From assembly GCA_963817335.1 (NCBI GenBank), contig CAWFNX010000001.1:1100820-1164819 (forward strand): 64,000 bases of DNA, in the 5' to 3' direction. A program made the position numbers and the translations under genes. A model generated the notes under the pieces. That model was given only the letters and a program-made list of their open reading frames with translations. It was not told where the DNA came from and did no database searches. Origin of the DNA: an uncultured Verrucomicrobiae bacterium (GTDB lineage: Bacteria; Verrucomicrobiota; Verrucomicrobiia; Chthoniobacterales; UBA10450). Shown in pieces: positions 17,563 to 25,994 of this stretch (position 1 is its first letter; each line of letters opens with the position of its first letter).

Positions 17563-19648
17563 TTTTTCCAGTCATCAATTCATCGAGGAGCGGCTGGGCA
17601 TCGTAAATGTTGCGGAGCGCTTCGGTGATTGCGGCGGAATCGACAGAAACCGCGCGCGCCTGTTTGTCGCTGAAGATGCAATCAAGCACCAGCGATTGAA
17701 TGTTGCCGTCGAAGATGATTCCGACGAACTCGTTGTTTTTGTTGACGACCGGGCTTCCGCTGTTGCCTCCAATAATGTCGGCGTCGGACACGAAATTGAA
17801 TGGCGTATTGGGATTCAGTTTCGCTTTCCTATCGAGCCAGCGTTTTGGGATGTCGAACGGCGGCTGGTTCTTGTGCTCGTCGCCGCGTTGATAAAGTCCG
17901 CTCGTCTTGGTTAGGGCCGGAATTTGCTTCCCGCCCTCTTCGTAGCCGCGCACCGTTCCGTAGCTGAGTCGAAGGGTGAAGGTCGCGTCCGGGTAACTGT
18001 TCGTGCCTTGAGCAGTGAAACGCGCTTTTGCAATCTCGGCATACGCCTGCTGCTTAATTTCATCCTGCGCTTCGTAAACTTTTCGTGCATCGCGCGCCGG
18101 GCCGTCGACCATTCGCGCGAGTTCGATCATCGGATCTTTCGCCGCGGAAGCCGCGGATGCCCCGCCGTTGTAGAGCTGTTTCCGAAGAGCGGCGTCTTTC
18201 AATTTTGTCCCGGTCACCAACTCGGTTGCGCGATCGCCCGGCGATTTTCCGGCGAGCACTTGTTTAACGAGCGGATCATTCTCGCCGAATCGCGTCGTCA
18301 TGTCGGTGAGCGAATCGGTCAACTTCACGATTTCAAAATCGTCGTAGACTGGATGCGATGACAACAGCTCGAGCTCGAGCGATTCTTTGTAGCTGTCCCG
18401 GAATTCAGGAAAACGTTCGCCGTTCGGCTTGGTGATTTCGTCACCATGACGCAAGATGCGGCGCGCAAATTGAAAGAGGGTGCTGTTCAATGCGCGCGGC
18501 GCCTGATACCTCGCTTCAGGCCGGCCGCGGAATTGCTCGAAGTATTCATAAATGGGCAATACTTTCGCGGTTGCTTCCTGGGCCTGCTTGATTTTCTCGA
18601 ATAGCGCGATCGTATCACTCGCATCGGTAAGTTTTTTCTGCCGTTCCTCAATCGAGCGCCAGATGTCAGGATCAATCAATCCGGCGAGATAACCGTCGTA
18701 GCGCTTGCGGTTGTTCTCGACGCTCCGGGTATTTTGTTCGGCGCGGCGTTTGTTTTCGAAACTGCGCGCCGACCAAGCGTGAAGGTAGGTCTCGCGCCGG
18801 TAAAACATGTTGAGGAGAGACGGCACTTCCTGGTCGCGCAGGTCCGCGAGTTCACTCACCGCAAGCTGCCGATCCGTCCGGCCGGGATTTCCGCTCACGA
18901 AGGTCAGCTCGCCGTCGGCTGGACCTTTCGTGTTCCACTTTAAGTAATGGTCGATCTTCGCCGGCTGTCCGTTTTCGTAGGCGCGAAAGATGCAGATATC
19001 GAGATCGTACCGCGGATATTCGAAATTGTCCGGATCGCCGCCGTAAAACGCGATTTGCTCTTCGGGCGCGAACACCAACCGCACGTCATCGTAACGTTTG
19101 TAGCGATACAGGTGATACTGGGCGCCCTGATAGAGGGTAATTACATCCGAGCGCAGTCCGGTTTTCTCGCGCGAATCCTTCTCGATTTCCGCAATCGCGT
19201 TGCCACGCGCCTTATTCGCGTCGTCGGCCGACATCTCGGGCTTGACCGCAGCTTTCACCCGATCGGTCACGTCCTCGATCGACATCAATACATTCAGTTC
19301 GAGGTCCGTGGCTTTGGCTTCGTCCTTCTGCGATTTCGCGTAGAAACCGTCGCGCACGTAATTGTTCTTTTCACTCGAGATTTTCTGCAAGGTGTCGAGT
19401 CCGACGTGATGGTTGGTGATGCAAAGGCCGTTTGCGGAAATGAACGAACCGCTGCCGCCGGAATTAAATCGGATGCTCGCTTTCTGCAGATGCTCGAGCC
19501 ACTGCGGTGTGGGCTCGAAGTTGTATTTCTCTTTGAGTTGCTTGAGTGGCGGATTGTCGAATGGCCACATCCCCTCATCGCCAAAGGCGCGGTCGCTAAG
19601 ACCCACGAATAACGTCGAAAGAAAGAGTGTCGCAAAAAATTTGCGCAT
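17558..19648 (-). CDS. S46 family peptidase (dipeptidyl-peptidase 7/11-like)
   Basis: Signal peptide MRKFFATLFLSTLFVGLSDRAFG, GMWPFDNPP, GGSGSFISANGLCITNHHV, and C-terminal GGNSGSPVVN. I took the start at ATG 19648 rather than the listed TTG 19681. Confidence 0.85.
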   Translation of the reverse strand: MRKFFATLFLSTLFVGLSDRAFGDEGMWPFDNPPLKQLKEKYNFEPTPQWLEHLQKASIRFNSGGSGSFISANGLCITNHHVGLDTLQKISSEKNNYVRDGFYAKSQKDEAKATDLELNVLMSIEDVTDRVKAAVKPEMSADDANKARGNAIAEIEKDSREKTGLRSDVITLYQGAQYHLYRYKRYDDVRLVFAPEEQIAFYGGDPDNFEYPRYDLDICIFRAYENGQPAKIDHYLKWNTKGPADGELTFVSGNPGRTDRQLAVSELADLRDQEVPSLLNMFYRRETYLHAWSARSFENKRRAEQNTRSVENNRKRYDGYLAGLIDPDIWRSIEERQKKLTDASDTIALFEKIKQAQEATAKVLPIYEYFEQFRGRPEARYQAPRALNSTLFQFARRILRHGDEITKPNGERFPEFRDSYKESLELELLSSHPVYDDFEIVKLTDSLTDMTTRFGENDPLVKQVLAGKSPGDRATELVTGTKLKDAALRKQLYNGGASAASAAKDPMIELARMVDGPARDARKVYEAQDEIKQQAYAEIAKARFTAQGTNSYPDATFTLRLSYGTVRGYEEGGKQIPALTKTSGLYQRGDEHKNQPPFDIPKRWLDRKAKLNPNTPFNFVSDADIIGGNSGSPVVNKNNEFVGIIFDGNIQSLVLDCIFSDKQARAVSVDSAAITEALRNIYDAQPLLDELMTGKR

Positions 19649-19682
19649 CCGCCAGCATAACCGCCACGCCAAGCGGGACAAG

Positions 19683-19811
19683 CTAACGCTTGCGCCTGCG
19701 AACGCGTCCCGGAATGGCGGCCAGGCTCACGATCAAGAGCATGACGAGAACGAACGTAAACCCGGCGATCAGAAACACGGTTGATCCCAATTGCGCCAAT
19801 TCGTGCAACAT
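19683..19811 (-). CDS. Possible 42-aa hydrophobic small protein (unsupported by homology)
   Basis: ATG-initiated MLHELAQLGSTVFLIAGFTFVLVMLLIVSLAAIPGRVRRRKR: one TM helix plus a basic tail. It ends 35 nt upstream of the peptidase ATG and is below the ORF-track size cutoff. Confidence 0.25.
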   Translation of the reverse strand: MLHELAQLGSTVFLIAGFTFVLVMLLIVSLAAIPGRVRRRKR

Positions 19812-19879
19812 TAATTGGTCAGACCGCGGTCAATCGTGTCCGGTTACATAATTGTCGCGTCGACTGTCGACCTAGCCAA

Positions 19880-21136
19880 TCATCTTCGGCAAAGCGCGAT
19901 TTTTCTACCGAGAACGGGCGATTCAATAATCTCCACCTCACGGAAAAGGGGCTGATGATCCTGGAGGATCCGGATCAGAGCAGGAGGAGTGAAGACAAAG
20001 GTTTGTCCGCCATCAGGCTTCTGCGACGTTCCCTTTTTCGAACTGACACCCATCAGCGGTAGCCGATCGTAATGTTTTGGGAATCGAATTCGCGTGGTCT
20101 TTCGAAATTTAGCGTCCTCGATTGTGGGAAATTCGATGATAAGCATTTCCCTGGCGAGCGGCGCAAGCAGATGAATCGCGCGTATCGGTTCATCCAAATG
20201 ATGGAGGACGTTCAAAAGACAAACATAATCAAACTTTTCCTCGAGGGGATGCTGAAGAATGTCACACTGAAGAAATTCGACCCGGCTGCCGATTATCTGC
20301 TTGAGTAAACAAGCTTGCCGAAATCGTTCTTCGTTCCGCTCAACTCCTAAGACTCTAGTTGCTCCCCTGGCCTCGGCCTCGAAACAAAAGTAGCCAATGG
20401 CAGAACCCACATCCAAAACGCTCTTGCCGGTGAGCGATTCTCGGAAAATCAGGTCCCGCGTCCGGCTTCGGTCGCGTCCGCGCGTATGTAACCCAAACGG
20501 AAGATTAATGCGCTGGTAAGCAAAACGTTCGTCCTGCAGAATCTTCTCGATCTGTTGCTTGGAATAAGTTGTTTTCGTCGCGTTTCGATGAACAATCTCG
20601 AATGCAGCGGCCGCGTCGAGAACTGGATACGTTGAACCAGTAGCATCCACAAACATGAACGGAATCTGCTGTCGCTCTAATTCTGAACACCAGGCGCGGT
20701 AGATATCCGGAAGGATCAGCTTTTCATAGAGCGACTTCCAGTATTCGATATTGTAACCGCGACGACCGCCCGTTCGTTCCAAGATTGCAGCCACACTGGC
20801 GACAAGGACCACAGCGCGTTTTCGTTTATCTCCGGCGCTGCGGGTAAACTCATTCCACCACGGGTCGGCCATAAACTGGAGTGATCGCGTTTGATATTCG
20901 TGCTGCGAAGTCGCTTCGGTAGCTTCGCTTCTCGCGAAGAGTGAAACCGGCCGCAGCATGTTGTAATGGACAACGCAATCGGCGTCCGCCAACAACCGTG
21001 GATCAGTTGCCGAAACATCCATCGGCTTAATTACCAACTTTTTTTTCGGACGAAATCCGGTCAGCGCGGGAAATTGCTTACTTTGGATAAAAGTGCTTTT
21101 GCCTACCGAAGTGGGACCGCTAATTATCCAAAGCAT
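19880..21136 (-). CDS. P-loop NTPase-like N-domain fused to a class I SAM-dependent methyltransferase domain
   Basis: The Walker A motif GPTSVGKST sits at the extreme N-terminus (MLWIISGPTSVGKSTF). The C-terminal half has VLDVGSAIGYFCFEA...GVERNE...DYVCLLNVLHHL. The listed GTG start at 21160 lies inside the repeat at 21145. Confidence 0.65.
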   Translation of the reverse strand: MLWIISGPTSVGKSTFIQSKQFPALTGFRPKKKLVIKPMDVSATDPRLLADADCVVHYNMLRPVSLFARSEATEATSQHEYQTRSLQFMADPWWNEFTRSAGDKRKRAVVLVASVAAILERTGGRRGYNIEYWKSLYEKLILPDIYRAWCSELERQQIPFMFVDATGSTYPVLDAAAAFEIVHRNATKTTYSKQQIEKILQDERFAYQRINLPFGLHTRGRDRSRTRDLIFRESLTGKSVLDVGSAIGYFCFEAEARGATRVLGVERNEERFRQACLLKQIIGSRVEFLQCDILQHPLEEKFDYVCLLNVLHHLDEPIRAIHLLAPLAREMLIIEFPTIEDAKFRKTTRIRFPKHYDRLPLMGVSSKKGTSQKPDGGQTFVFTPPALIRILQDHQPLFREVEIIESPVLGRKIALCRR

Positions 21137-21144
21137 TTGCTGAA

Positions 21145-21197
21145 GGTAGCGGCGGTTCACCGAACCGCCATGGCGATTGAGGTCAATCGCCGCTACC
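21145..21197. repeat. GTAG...CTAC double-hairpin element (family 2, inverted relative to 14306)
   Basis: ggtagcggcggttcaccgaaccgccatggcgattgaggtcaatcgccgctacc. Its reverse complement differs from the 14306 copy at only two paired positions. Confidence 0.85.
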
Positions 21198-21223
21198 TAG
21201 TGGGACGGGATCCAAATGATTAG

Positions 21224-21277
21224 GGTAGGGACATCGCGCTGCGATGTCCGCGGACGCCGCAGCGCGGCGTCCCTACC
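21224..21277. repeat. GTAG...CTAC double-hairpin / REPIN-like element (family 1)
   Basis: It differs from the 16983 copy by one loop base. It overlaps the stop codon of the methyltransferase gene at 21273. Confidence 0.85.
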
Positions 21278-22016
21278 TAAAGACCTGCCTAAAGCGTGGC
21301 GTTACATTTGGATCTTTCGCCAACAACGCTTTCGAGCGAAAGATTCGCGCGCCCTGTGACAAAAAGAACTTGCGGAGCTCCGGAGTGAAAAACGACGAGC
21401 CGTCCGGTCGCGGATTGAAATCGAGCAACAATCTGCCGTTTGTCTCCAGGAACCGCGAACGAATGTTGTTAATAAAGAATTCCCAGTCCGCCGGCGACCA
21501 TTCAACTCCGTCGCGAACTTTTCCGATGCGCTGAAAACAAATCCGGTGCGCGGTCACCAGATCGAATTTGCCCCCGAGATCGGGAAGAGGAGTTTGTCGT
21601 TCGATGCGACCGATGACTCGCTGCACCCCGAGCAGGTCCGTGGTTGCGCCAAAAAGCGGTTCGCTATCGGTGTCGAAGCCGAGGACGTCGTGTCCGAAAT
21701 GTTTGCAGACGTAGAGAAAATAACCCGCGCCCGACCCGAGATCGAGAATGCGCAACGGCTGAGTGCGATCGAGCCAGAGGTCCTGCGCGCGCTCGACGTT
21801 TATGTCGATCCAATAAGCGATGTCCTCGAAACGATTGATCTGCGGCGAGCCTGGTTGATACGGATATTTATGGCGCAAATCTCTAAACTGAATCCAATCA
21901 ATATCGTCCAGAATCCGACGCTTGTTGACGGGGTGGGCCAATCGGCTGAAATGTTCGGACGCGCTGGCGAGAGCGTCGCGGGAAAACAGCTTCTGAAGCT
22001 TGCGTGAGAATCTCAT
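21273..22016 (-). CDS. Class I SAM-dependent methyltransferase
   Basis: RILDLGSGAGYFLYVCKHFGHDVLGFD motif I/II. The stop TAG lies inside the repeat. Confidence 0.7.
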   Translation of the reverse strand: MRFSRKLQKLFSRDALASASEHFSRLAHPVNKRRILDDIDWIQFRDLRHKYPYQPGSPQINRFEDIAYWIDINVERAQDLWLDRTQPLRILDLGSGAGYFLYVCKHFGHDVLGFDTDSEPLFGATTDLLGVQRVIGRIERQTPLPDLGGKFDLVTAHRICFQRIGKVRDGVEWSPADWEFFINNIRSRFLETNGRLLLDFNPRPDGSSFFTPELRKFFLSQGARIFRSKALLAKDPNVTPRFRQVFR

Positions 22017-22064
22017 TGCGGCCAGCTAATGCTGCGCGTAAATGACGGACTCTGCTGAGCAAGC

Positions 22065-23069
22065 GTGATGATGCAACAGGCGAAACGAATTCTCCTTATT
22101 GGTCTTGGGCGCTGGGGCGCGAACCACCTCCGCGTGCTCCAATCGATGCCGATTGAGCTCTTCGTGGCCGAAACGGATCCGGCGCGATTGAATTCATCAG
22201 GTGTGCCCCAGAGCCATCGGAGTGCCGACGCGCGTTCTTTCTTTCCGATCGTCGACGCAGCAGTCGTCGTCACTCCGGCGCAAAGCCATTTTGAAATTTG
22301 TCGCGGCCTGATGGAGGCCGGCAAAGATGTTTTTGTCGAAAAGCCGATCACCTCGACGTCGGCCGAGGCAAGAGCGCTGGTCGATCTCGCCCGACGTTCG
22401 GGATTAGTCCTGCAAGTTGGCCACATTTTCCGTTTCGACCCGGCATCGGTTTGGATGAAGGACGCGATCGCGCAGGGCCGGTTCGGCGAGATCAAGATGT
22501 TGCGCGCGAATTTCAGCGGATTCAAACGTCCGCGGATGGACACTGGCGTGACTTTTGCCGACGGCATTCATTTCATCGATCTGTTTCGTTTCCTGCTCGG
22601 AAAGTCGCCGCGCCGCGTTCACGCGGTGATGAGCAACTTCATAGGGCGAGACGGTGAGCTGGACGACGAGGCGCTCATTGTCCTGGAATACGATCTGGGC
22701 GGCCGGGCTCCGATTTTGGCGACGGTCGAGGCCGGTTATCACGTGCCGGGAAAAGTGCGTCAACTGACCATCGCCGGAAAAGATTTGTCCGCGGTTTGCG
22801 ATTACAACGTGGCGCAATACAAGATTAAAACCTTCGAGAACCGTCACGTTGCGAGTAGCGGGGAGATAAAGGCAATGGAGGGCGCAATGCATCAGCTTGA
22901 ATTCCCCCCCGAAGAACCGCTACGAGCGGAATTGGCCGCGTTTTTGGATGCGGTCGAAACCCGGCGTCCGCCGATGGTCGACGGCACCGATGGAATAGAG
23001 GCGGTTCGGGTGGTGGAAGCAGCGTTGGAATCGGCGCGCACCGGCAAATGGATAGATCTTTGCGAATGA
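22065..23069 (+). CDS. Gfo/Idh/MocA family oxidoreductase (sugar-nucleotide dehydrogenase-like)
   Basis: N-terminal Rossmann motif ILLIGLGRWGANHLRVL and EKP motif VFVEKPI. Confidence 0.8.
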   Translation: MMMQQAKRILLIGLGRWGANHLRVLQSMPIELFVAETDPARLNSSGVPQSHRSADARSFFPIVDAAVVVTPAQSHFEICRGLMEAGKDVFVEKPITSTSAEARALVDLARRSGLVLQVGHIFRFDPASVWMKDAIAQGRFGEIKMLRANFSGFKRPRMDTGVTFADGIHFIDLFRFLLGKSPRRVHAVMSNFIGRDGELDDEALIVLEYDLGGRAPILATVEAGYHVPGKVRQLTIAGKDLSAVCDYNVAQYKIKTFENRHVASSGEIKAMEGAMHQLEFPPEEPLRAELAAFLDAVETRRPPMVDGTDGIEAVRVVEAALESARTGKWIDLCE

Positions 23070-24193
23070 GTGAAATGAAAAAAGTCCCGTTATCGAAAGT
23101 TTTCGTAAACGACGAAGTGCGCGAGGCCGGTCTGCGGGCAATGAACTCCGGCTGGTATATCCTCGCCAAGGAATGCGAAGCGTTTGAAGCCGAGCTGGCG
23201 GCTTACGTTGGAACCAAAGAAGCCGTGCTCTGTTCGTCCTGGACGACGGGCGCGCTGATGCTGCATCACGCAATGGGGGTTTGTCCGGGTGATGAGATCC
23301 TTGTTCCGTCGCACACCGCATTTCCGTCAATCGAGCCAATGGTTCAGCGTGGCGCGAAGCCAGTGTTTGTCGACATCGATGAGACTTACTGCATCGATGT
23401 CGATCAACTGGAATCGTCGATGACAGAGCGAACGGTGGGAATTCTTCCGGTCCATCTCTACGGGCATCCGGCGAATATGGATGGAATTTTCCTGGCGGCC
23501 AAAAAGCACGGGCTTTGGGTGGTGGAAGATTGCGCCCAGGCGTTCGGAGCGCAGTATCGCGGCAAAACCGTTGGATCGATCGCTGTCGCGGGGGCGTTTT
23601 CATTTTTTCCGTCGAAAAATCTCACGGTCATGGGCGATGGCGGCTGCATTACCACAAACGATTCGGCGCTGGCGAAAAAGCTCCGGATGCTGCGGGATCA
23701 CGGCCGCAGTTCGAAATACGTTCACGAATTCGTCGGCTACAATTTTCGGTTCAACGAGCTTCAGGCCGCCATCGGCCGGGTCGAGTTGCGCAACATCGAC
23801 AAGTTGAACGACCACCGCCGGGAGATTGCGACCCGTTACACTGAGCGATTGGACGGCGTGGTGAGAATTCCCCCGGAACGGCCGTGGGCGCGGCATGTTT
23901 ACCACATGTATGTCATCGCCACTCAGCAACGCGATCAACTGGCAGAGTTTTTGAAGAGCAAAGGTATCGGCACCGGTATGCATTATCCGATCGCGAACCA
24001 TCAACAGCCGGCAATGAGAAGACTCTATTCCGATTTGCCGCGCCTGCCGAAAACGGAAGAAACTGTGACTCAAATCCTGTCGCTTCCAATTTATGGCGAC
24101 CTTCCGTTGGAAGATGTCGATTACGTTTGCGACGCGGTCCTGGAATTCTTTGGGAAATTCGCCACGGCGAATCCGTCCGAAGGCGGAAAATGA
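23066..24193 (+). CDS. DegT/DnrJ/EryC1/StrS family aminotransferase
   Basis: AFSFFPSKNLTVMGDGG (PLP-Lys context), HLYGHPANMD, YNFRFNELQAAIG. The start ATG overlaps the upstream stop (ATGA). Confidence 0.85.
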   Translation: MSEMKKVPLSKVFVNDEVREAGLRAMNSGWYILAKECEAFEAELAAYVGTKEAVLCSSWTTGALMLHHAMGVCPGDEILVPSHTAFPSIEPMVQRGAKPVFVDIDETYCIDVDQLESSMTERTVGILPVHLYGHPANMDGIFLAAKKHGLWVVEDCAQAFGAQYRGKTVGSIAVAGAFSFFPSKNLTVMGDGGCITTNDSALAKKLRMLRDHGRSSKYVHEFVGYNFRFNELQAAIGRVELRNIDKLNDHRREIATRYTERLDGVVRIPPERPWARHVYHMYVIATQQRDQLAEFLKSKGIGTGMHYPIANHQQPAMRRLYSDLPRLPKTEETVTQILSLPIYGDLPLEDVDYVCDAVLEFFGKFATANPSEGGK

Positions 24194-24924
24194 CGACGCC
24201 GGAGTTGAGCGTCGTGATTCCCTGTCACAACGAAGCGGAAAATTTGCGCCCGCTCCTGGCCGCGATCCACGCTGCGGTTGATCCTGCGGGAATGGATTAC
24301 GAAGTCGTGATCACGGATGATTGCAGCACGGATGATTCCTGGCGGATTTTGCAGGAAATCGCGGCGAGCGATTCCCGTCTGCGCGCGCAACGTTTCAAGT
24401 TCAATTGTGGTGAATCGGCCGCGAGCTGGGCCGGAATGCAGGCCGCGCGCGGTCGCTACATCGCCACGCTCGACGCCGATCTGCAAAACGATCCGAAGGA
24501 TTTGCCGGCGATGATGAAAGCCGTTCGTGATTTTGACTGCGTGTGCGGCACCCGGGTCGAGTCTCGCGGAGAAGGGGACGGTTGGGTCCGAATCGCATCG
24601 TCGCGGATCGCGAACTGGGTGCGGAACAAGTTATCGGGCGAAAATATTTCGGACGCCGGCTGCACCTATCGTGTGTTCAAGCGTGAATGCATTTCCCGGG
24701 TGAAGTTTTTCAACGGCGCCCACCGTTTCCTTCCGACGTTGATCAAGCTGGAAGGTTTCTCCGTGACGGAAGTGCCGGTTTCTAACAACCCACGCCATGC
24801 CGGGAAAAGTCATTACGGTGTTTGGAACCGATTGTTTAAATCCTTTCGCGACTTGCTTGCCGTCCGCTGGATGAAATCGAGAAGATTGCGTTACGAAATT
24901 GGTGAATCCCTCAACTGCCTATGA
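24190..24924 (+). CDS. GT2 polyprenyl-phosphate glycosyltransferase (ArnC/GtrB-like)
   Basis: LSVVIPCHNEAENL, DDCSTDDS, LDADLQNDP. ATGA overlap with the aminotransferase gene. Confidence 0.8.
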   Translation: MTTPELSVVIPCHNEAENLRPLLAAIHAAVDPAGMDYEVVITDDCSTDDSWRILQEIAASDSRLRAQRFKFNCGESAASWAGMQAARGRYIATLDADLQNDPKDLPAMMKAVRDFDCVCGTRVESRGEGDGWVRIASSRIANWVRNKLSGENISDAGCTYRVFKRECISRVKFFNGAHRFLPTLIKLEGFSVTEVPVSNNPRHAGKSHYGVWNRLFKSFRDLLAVRWMKSRRLRYEIGESLNCL

Positions 24925-25283
24925 ACTCATTCTTTATCGCCGCAACGTGGGTCGGCCAGGAACATCGCGTCCTTGGGCTGGACTGGAATTATCTTGTAAT
25001 TATCGGCCTGATCGGGAACGCGACCTTTTCGATGCGGTTTCTCATGCAATGGTACGCATCGGAGAAGCAGGGCGAGAGTGTGATTCCAGTGTCGTTTTGG
25101 TACTGGAGCATCGGCGGCAGCATCATCATGTGTCTGTATTTTATCTTCCGGCGCGATCCGGTCGGTATCCTGGCCTATCTGCCAAACTCGATCATTTACA
25201 TCCGGAACCTGATGTTGATTCGGAAGCGAAAGCTCGCTTACACGGCAGCGACTCCGTCACAACATCCGCGTGAAGACGAATAG
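24921..25283 (+). CDS. Lipid-A-disaccharide synthase N-terminal (LAB_N) domain membrane protein
   Basis: GLIGNATFSMRFLMQWYASEKQGESVIPVSFWYWSIGGSIIM. ATGA overlap with the GT2 gene. Confidence 0.7.
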   Translation: MNSFFIAATWVGQEHRVLGLDWNYLVIIGLIGNATFSMRFLMQWYASEKQGESVIPVSFWYWSIGGSIIMCLYFIFRRDPVGILAYLPNSIIYIRNLMLIRKRKLAYTAATPSQHPREDE

Positions 25284-25289
25284 CCGTCC

Positions 25290-25877
25290 ATGACGAAAAC
25301 AGATCCGCGGATTGACGCATATATTAAGAGGGCCCAGCCGTTTGCGCGGCCGATCTTGCAGTATCTGCGCAAAATCGTGCACTCCGGCTGCCCGCAGTGC
25401 GAAGAGTTGATCAAATGGCGGATGCCGTTCTTTGACTACAAGGGTGCGGTTTGCTTTATGGCTGCGTTCAAAGAGCACGCCACGTTCGGATTTTGGAAAG
25501 GTAAATTGCTCTTCGGCAACGAAGACAAAGGCGCGATGGGCCATTTCGGCCGGCTCACATCGATCGACGATTTACCTGGCGAGAAACAATTGATCGGTTT
25601 GGTGCGAAAGGCTGCGGAACTGAACGAGCGCGGGGTCAAGAAGAAGCGTCCGAAGACAAGCCCGAATCGAAACATTGCAGTGCCGCCTGATCTCCGATCG
25701 GCCCTGGCGAAGAATTCGAAAGCGCGAAAGACGTTCGAAGGTTTCAGTTACAGCCACAAAAAGGAATACGTTCAATGGATCAGCGACGCGAAGCGTGAAG
25801 AAACGAGAGAGAAGCGTTTGAAGACTACGATCAAGTGGCTTGCGGAAGGTAAACCGCAAAACTGGCGCTACATGTAG
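25290..25877 (+). CDS. DUF1801 / YdeI-OmpD-associated family protein
   Basis: The N-terminus has IDAYIKRAQPFARPILQYLRKIV...KWRMPFF. The C-terminus has FEGFSYSHKKEYVQWISDAKREETREKRL. The stop TAG lies in a tgtagcg arm. Confidence 0.65.
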   Translation: MTKTDPRIDAYIKRAQPFARPILQYLRKIVHSGCPQCEELIKWRMPFFDYKGAVCFMAAFKEHATFGFWKGKLLFGNEDKGAMGHFGRLTSIDDLPGEKQLIGLVRKAAELNERGVKKKRPKTSPNRNIAVPPDLRSALAKNSKARKTFEGFSYSHKKEYVQWISDAKREETREKRLKTTIKWLAEGKPQNWRYM

Positions 25878-25915
25878 CGCGCTCTGTCATCCCGAGCGCA
25901 AGCGAGGGACCTCGC
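25873..25915. repeat. GTAG-type half element plus GTCATCCCGAGCG-type repeat
   Basis: tgtagcgcgctctgtcatcccgagcgcaagcgagggacctcgc, with stem gcgctc/gagcgc. It resembles the left arm of family 3. Confidence 0.55.
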
Positions 25916-25965
25916 AATCGAAGCGTGAATCACGCAAGGCAGTCTGTGTGATCAATGAAACCTAT

Positions 25966-25994
25966 GAGGGGTTTCTCACTCCGTTCGGAATGAC
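25966..25994. repeat. Inverted partner of the GTCATYCCGARCG-type repeat
   Basis: The reverse complement gtcattccgaacggagtgagaaacccctc is similar to 25886-25915. It encodes the last residues (QSFRTE) and the stop of the RluA-family ORF. Confidence 0.55.

Noticed and set aside
21137-21160. GTG start at 21160 for the P-loop/methyltransferase gene
   Set aside because: The first eight codons (MNRRYLQQ) are encoded by the arm of the repeat at 21145. The ATG at 21136 places the Walker A loop at the N-terminus, as expected.
22013-23603. Minus-strand ORFs of 184, 162, 114 and 227 aa across the sugar cassette
   Set aside because: They are antisense to the Gfo/Idh/MocA and DegT genes, which carry strong family motifs, and their own products have none.
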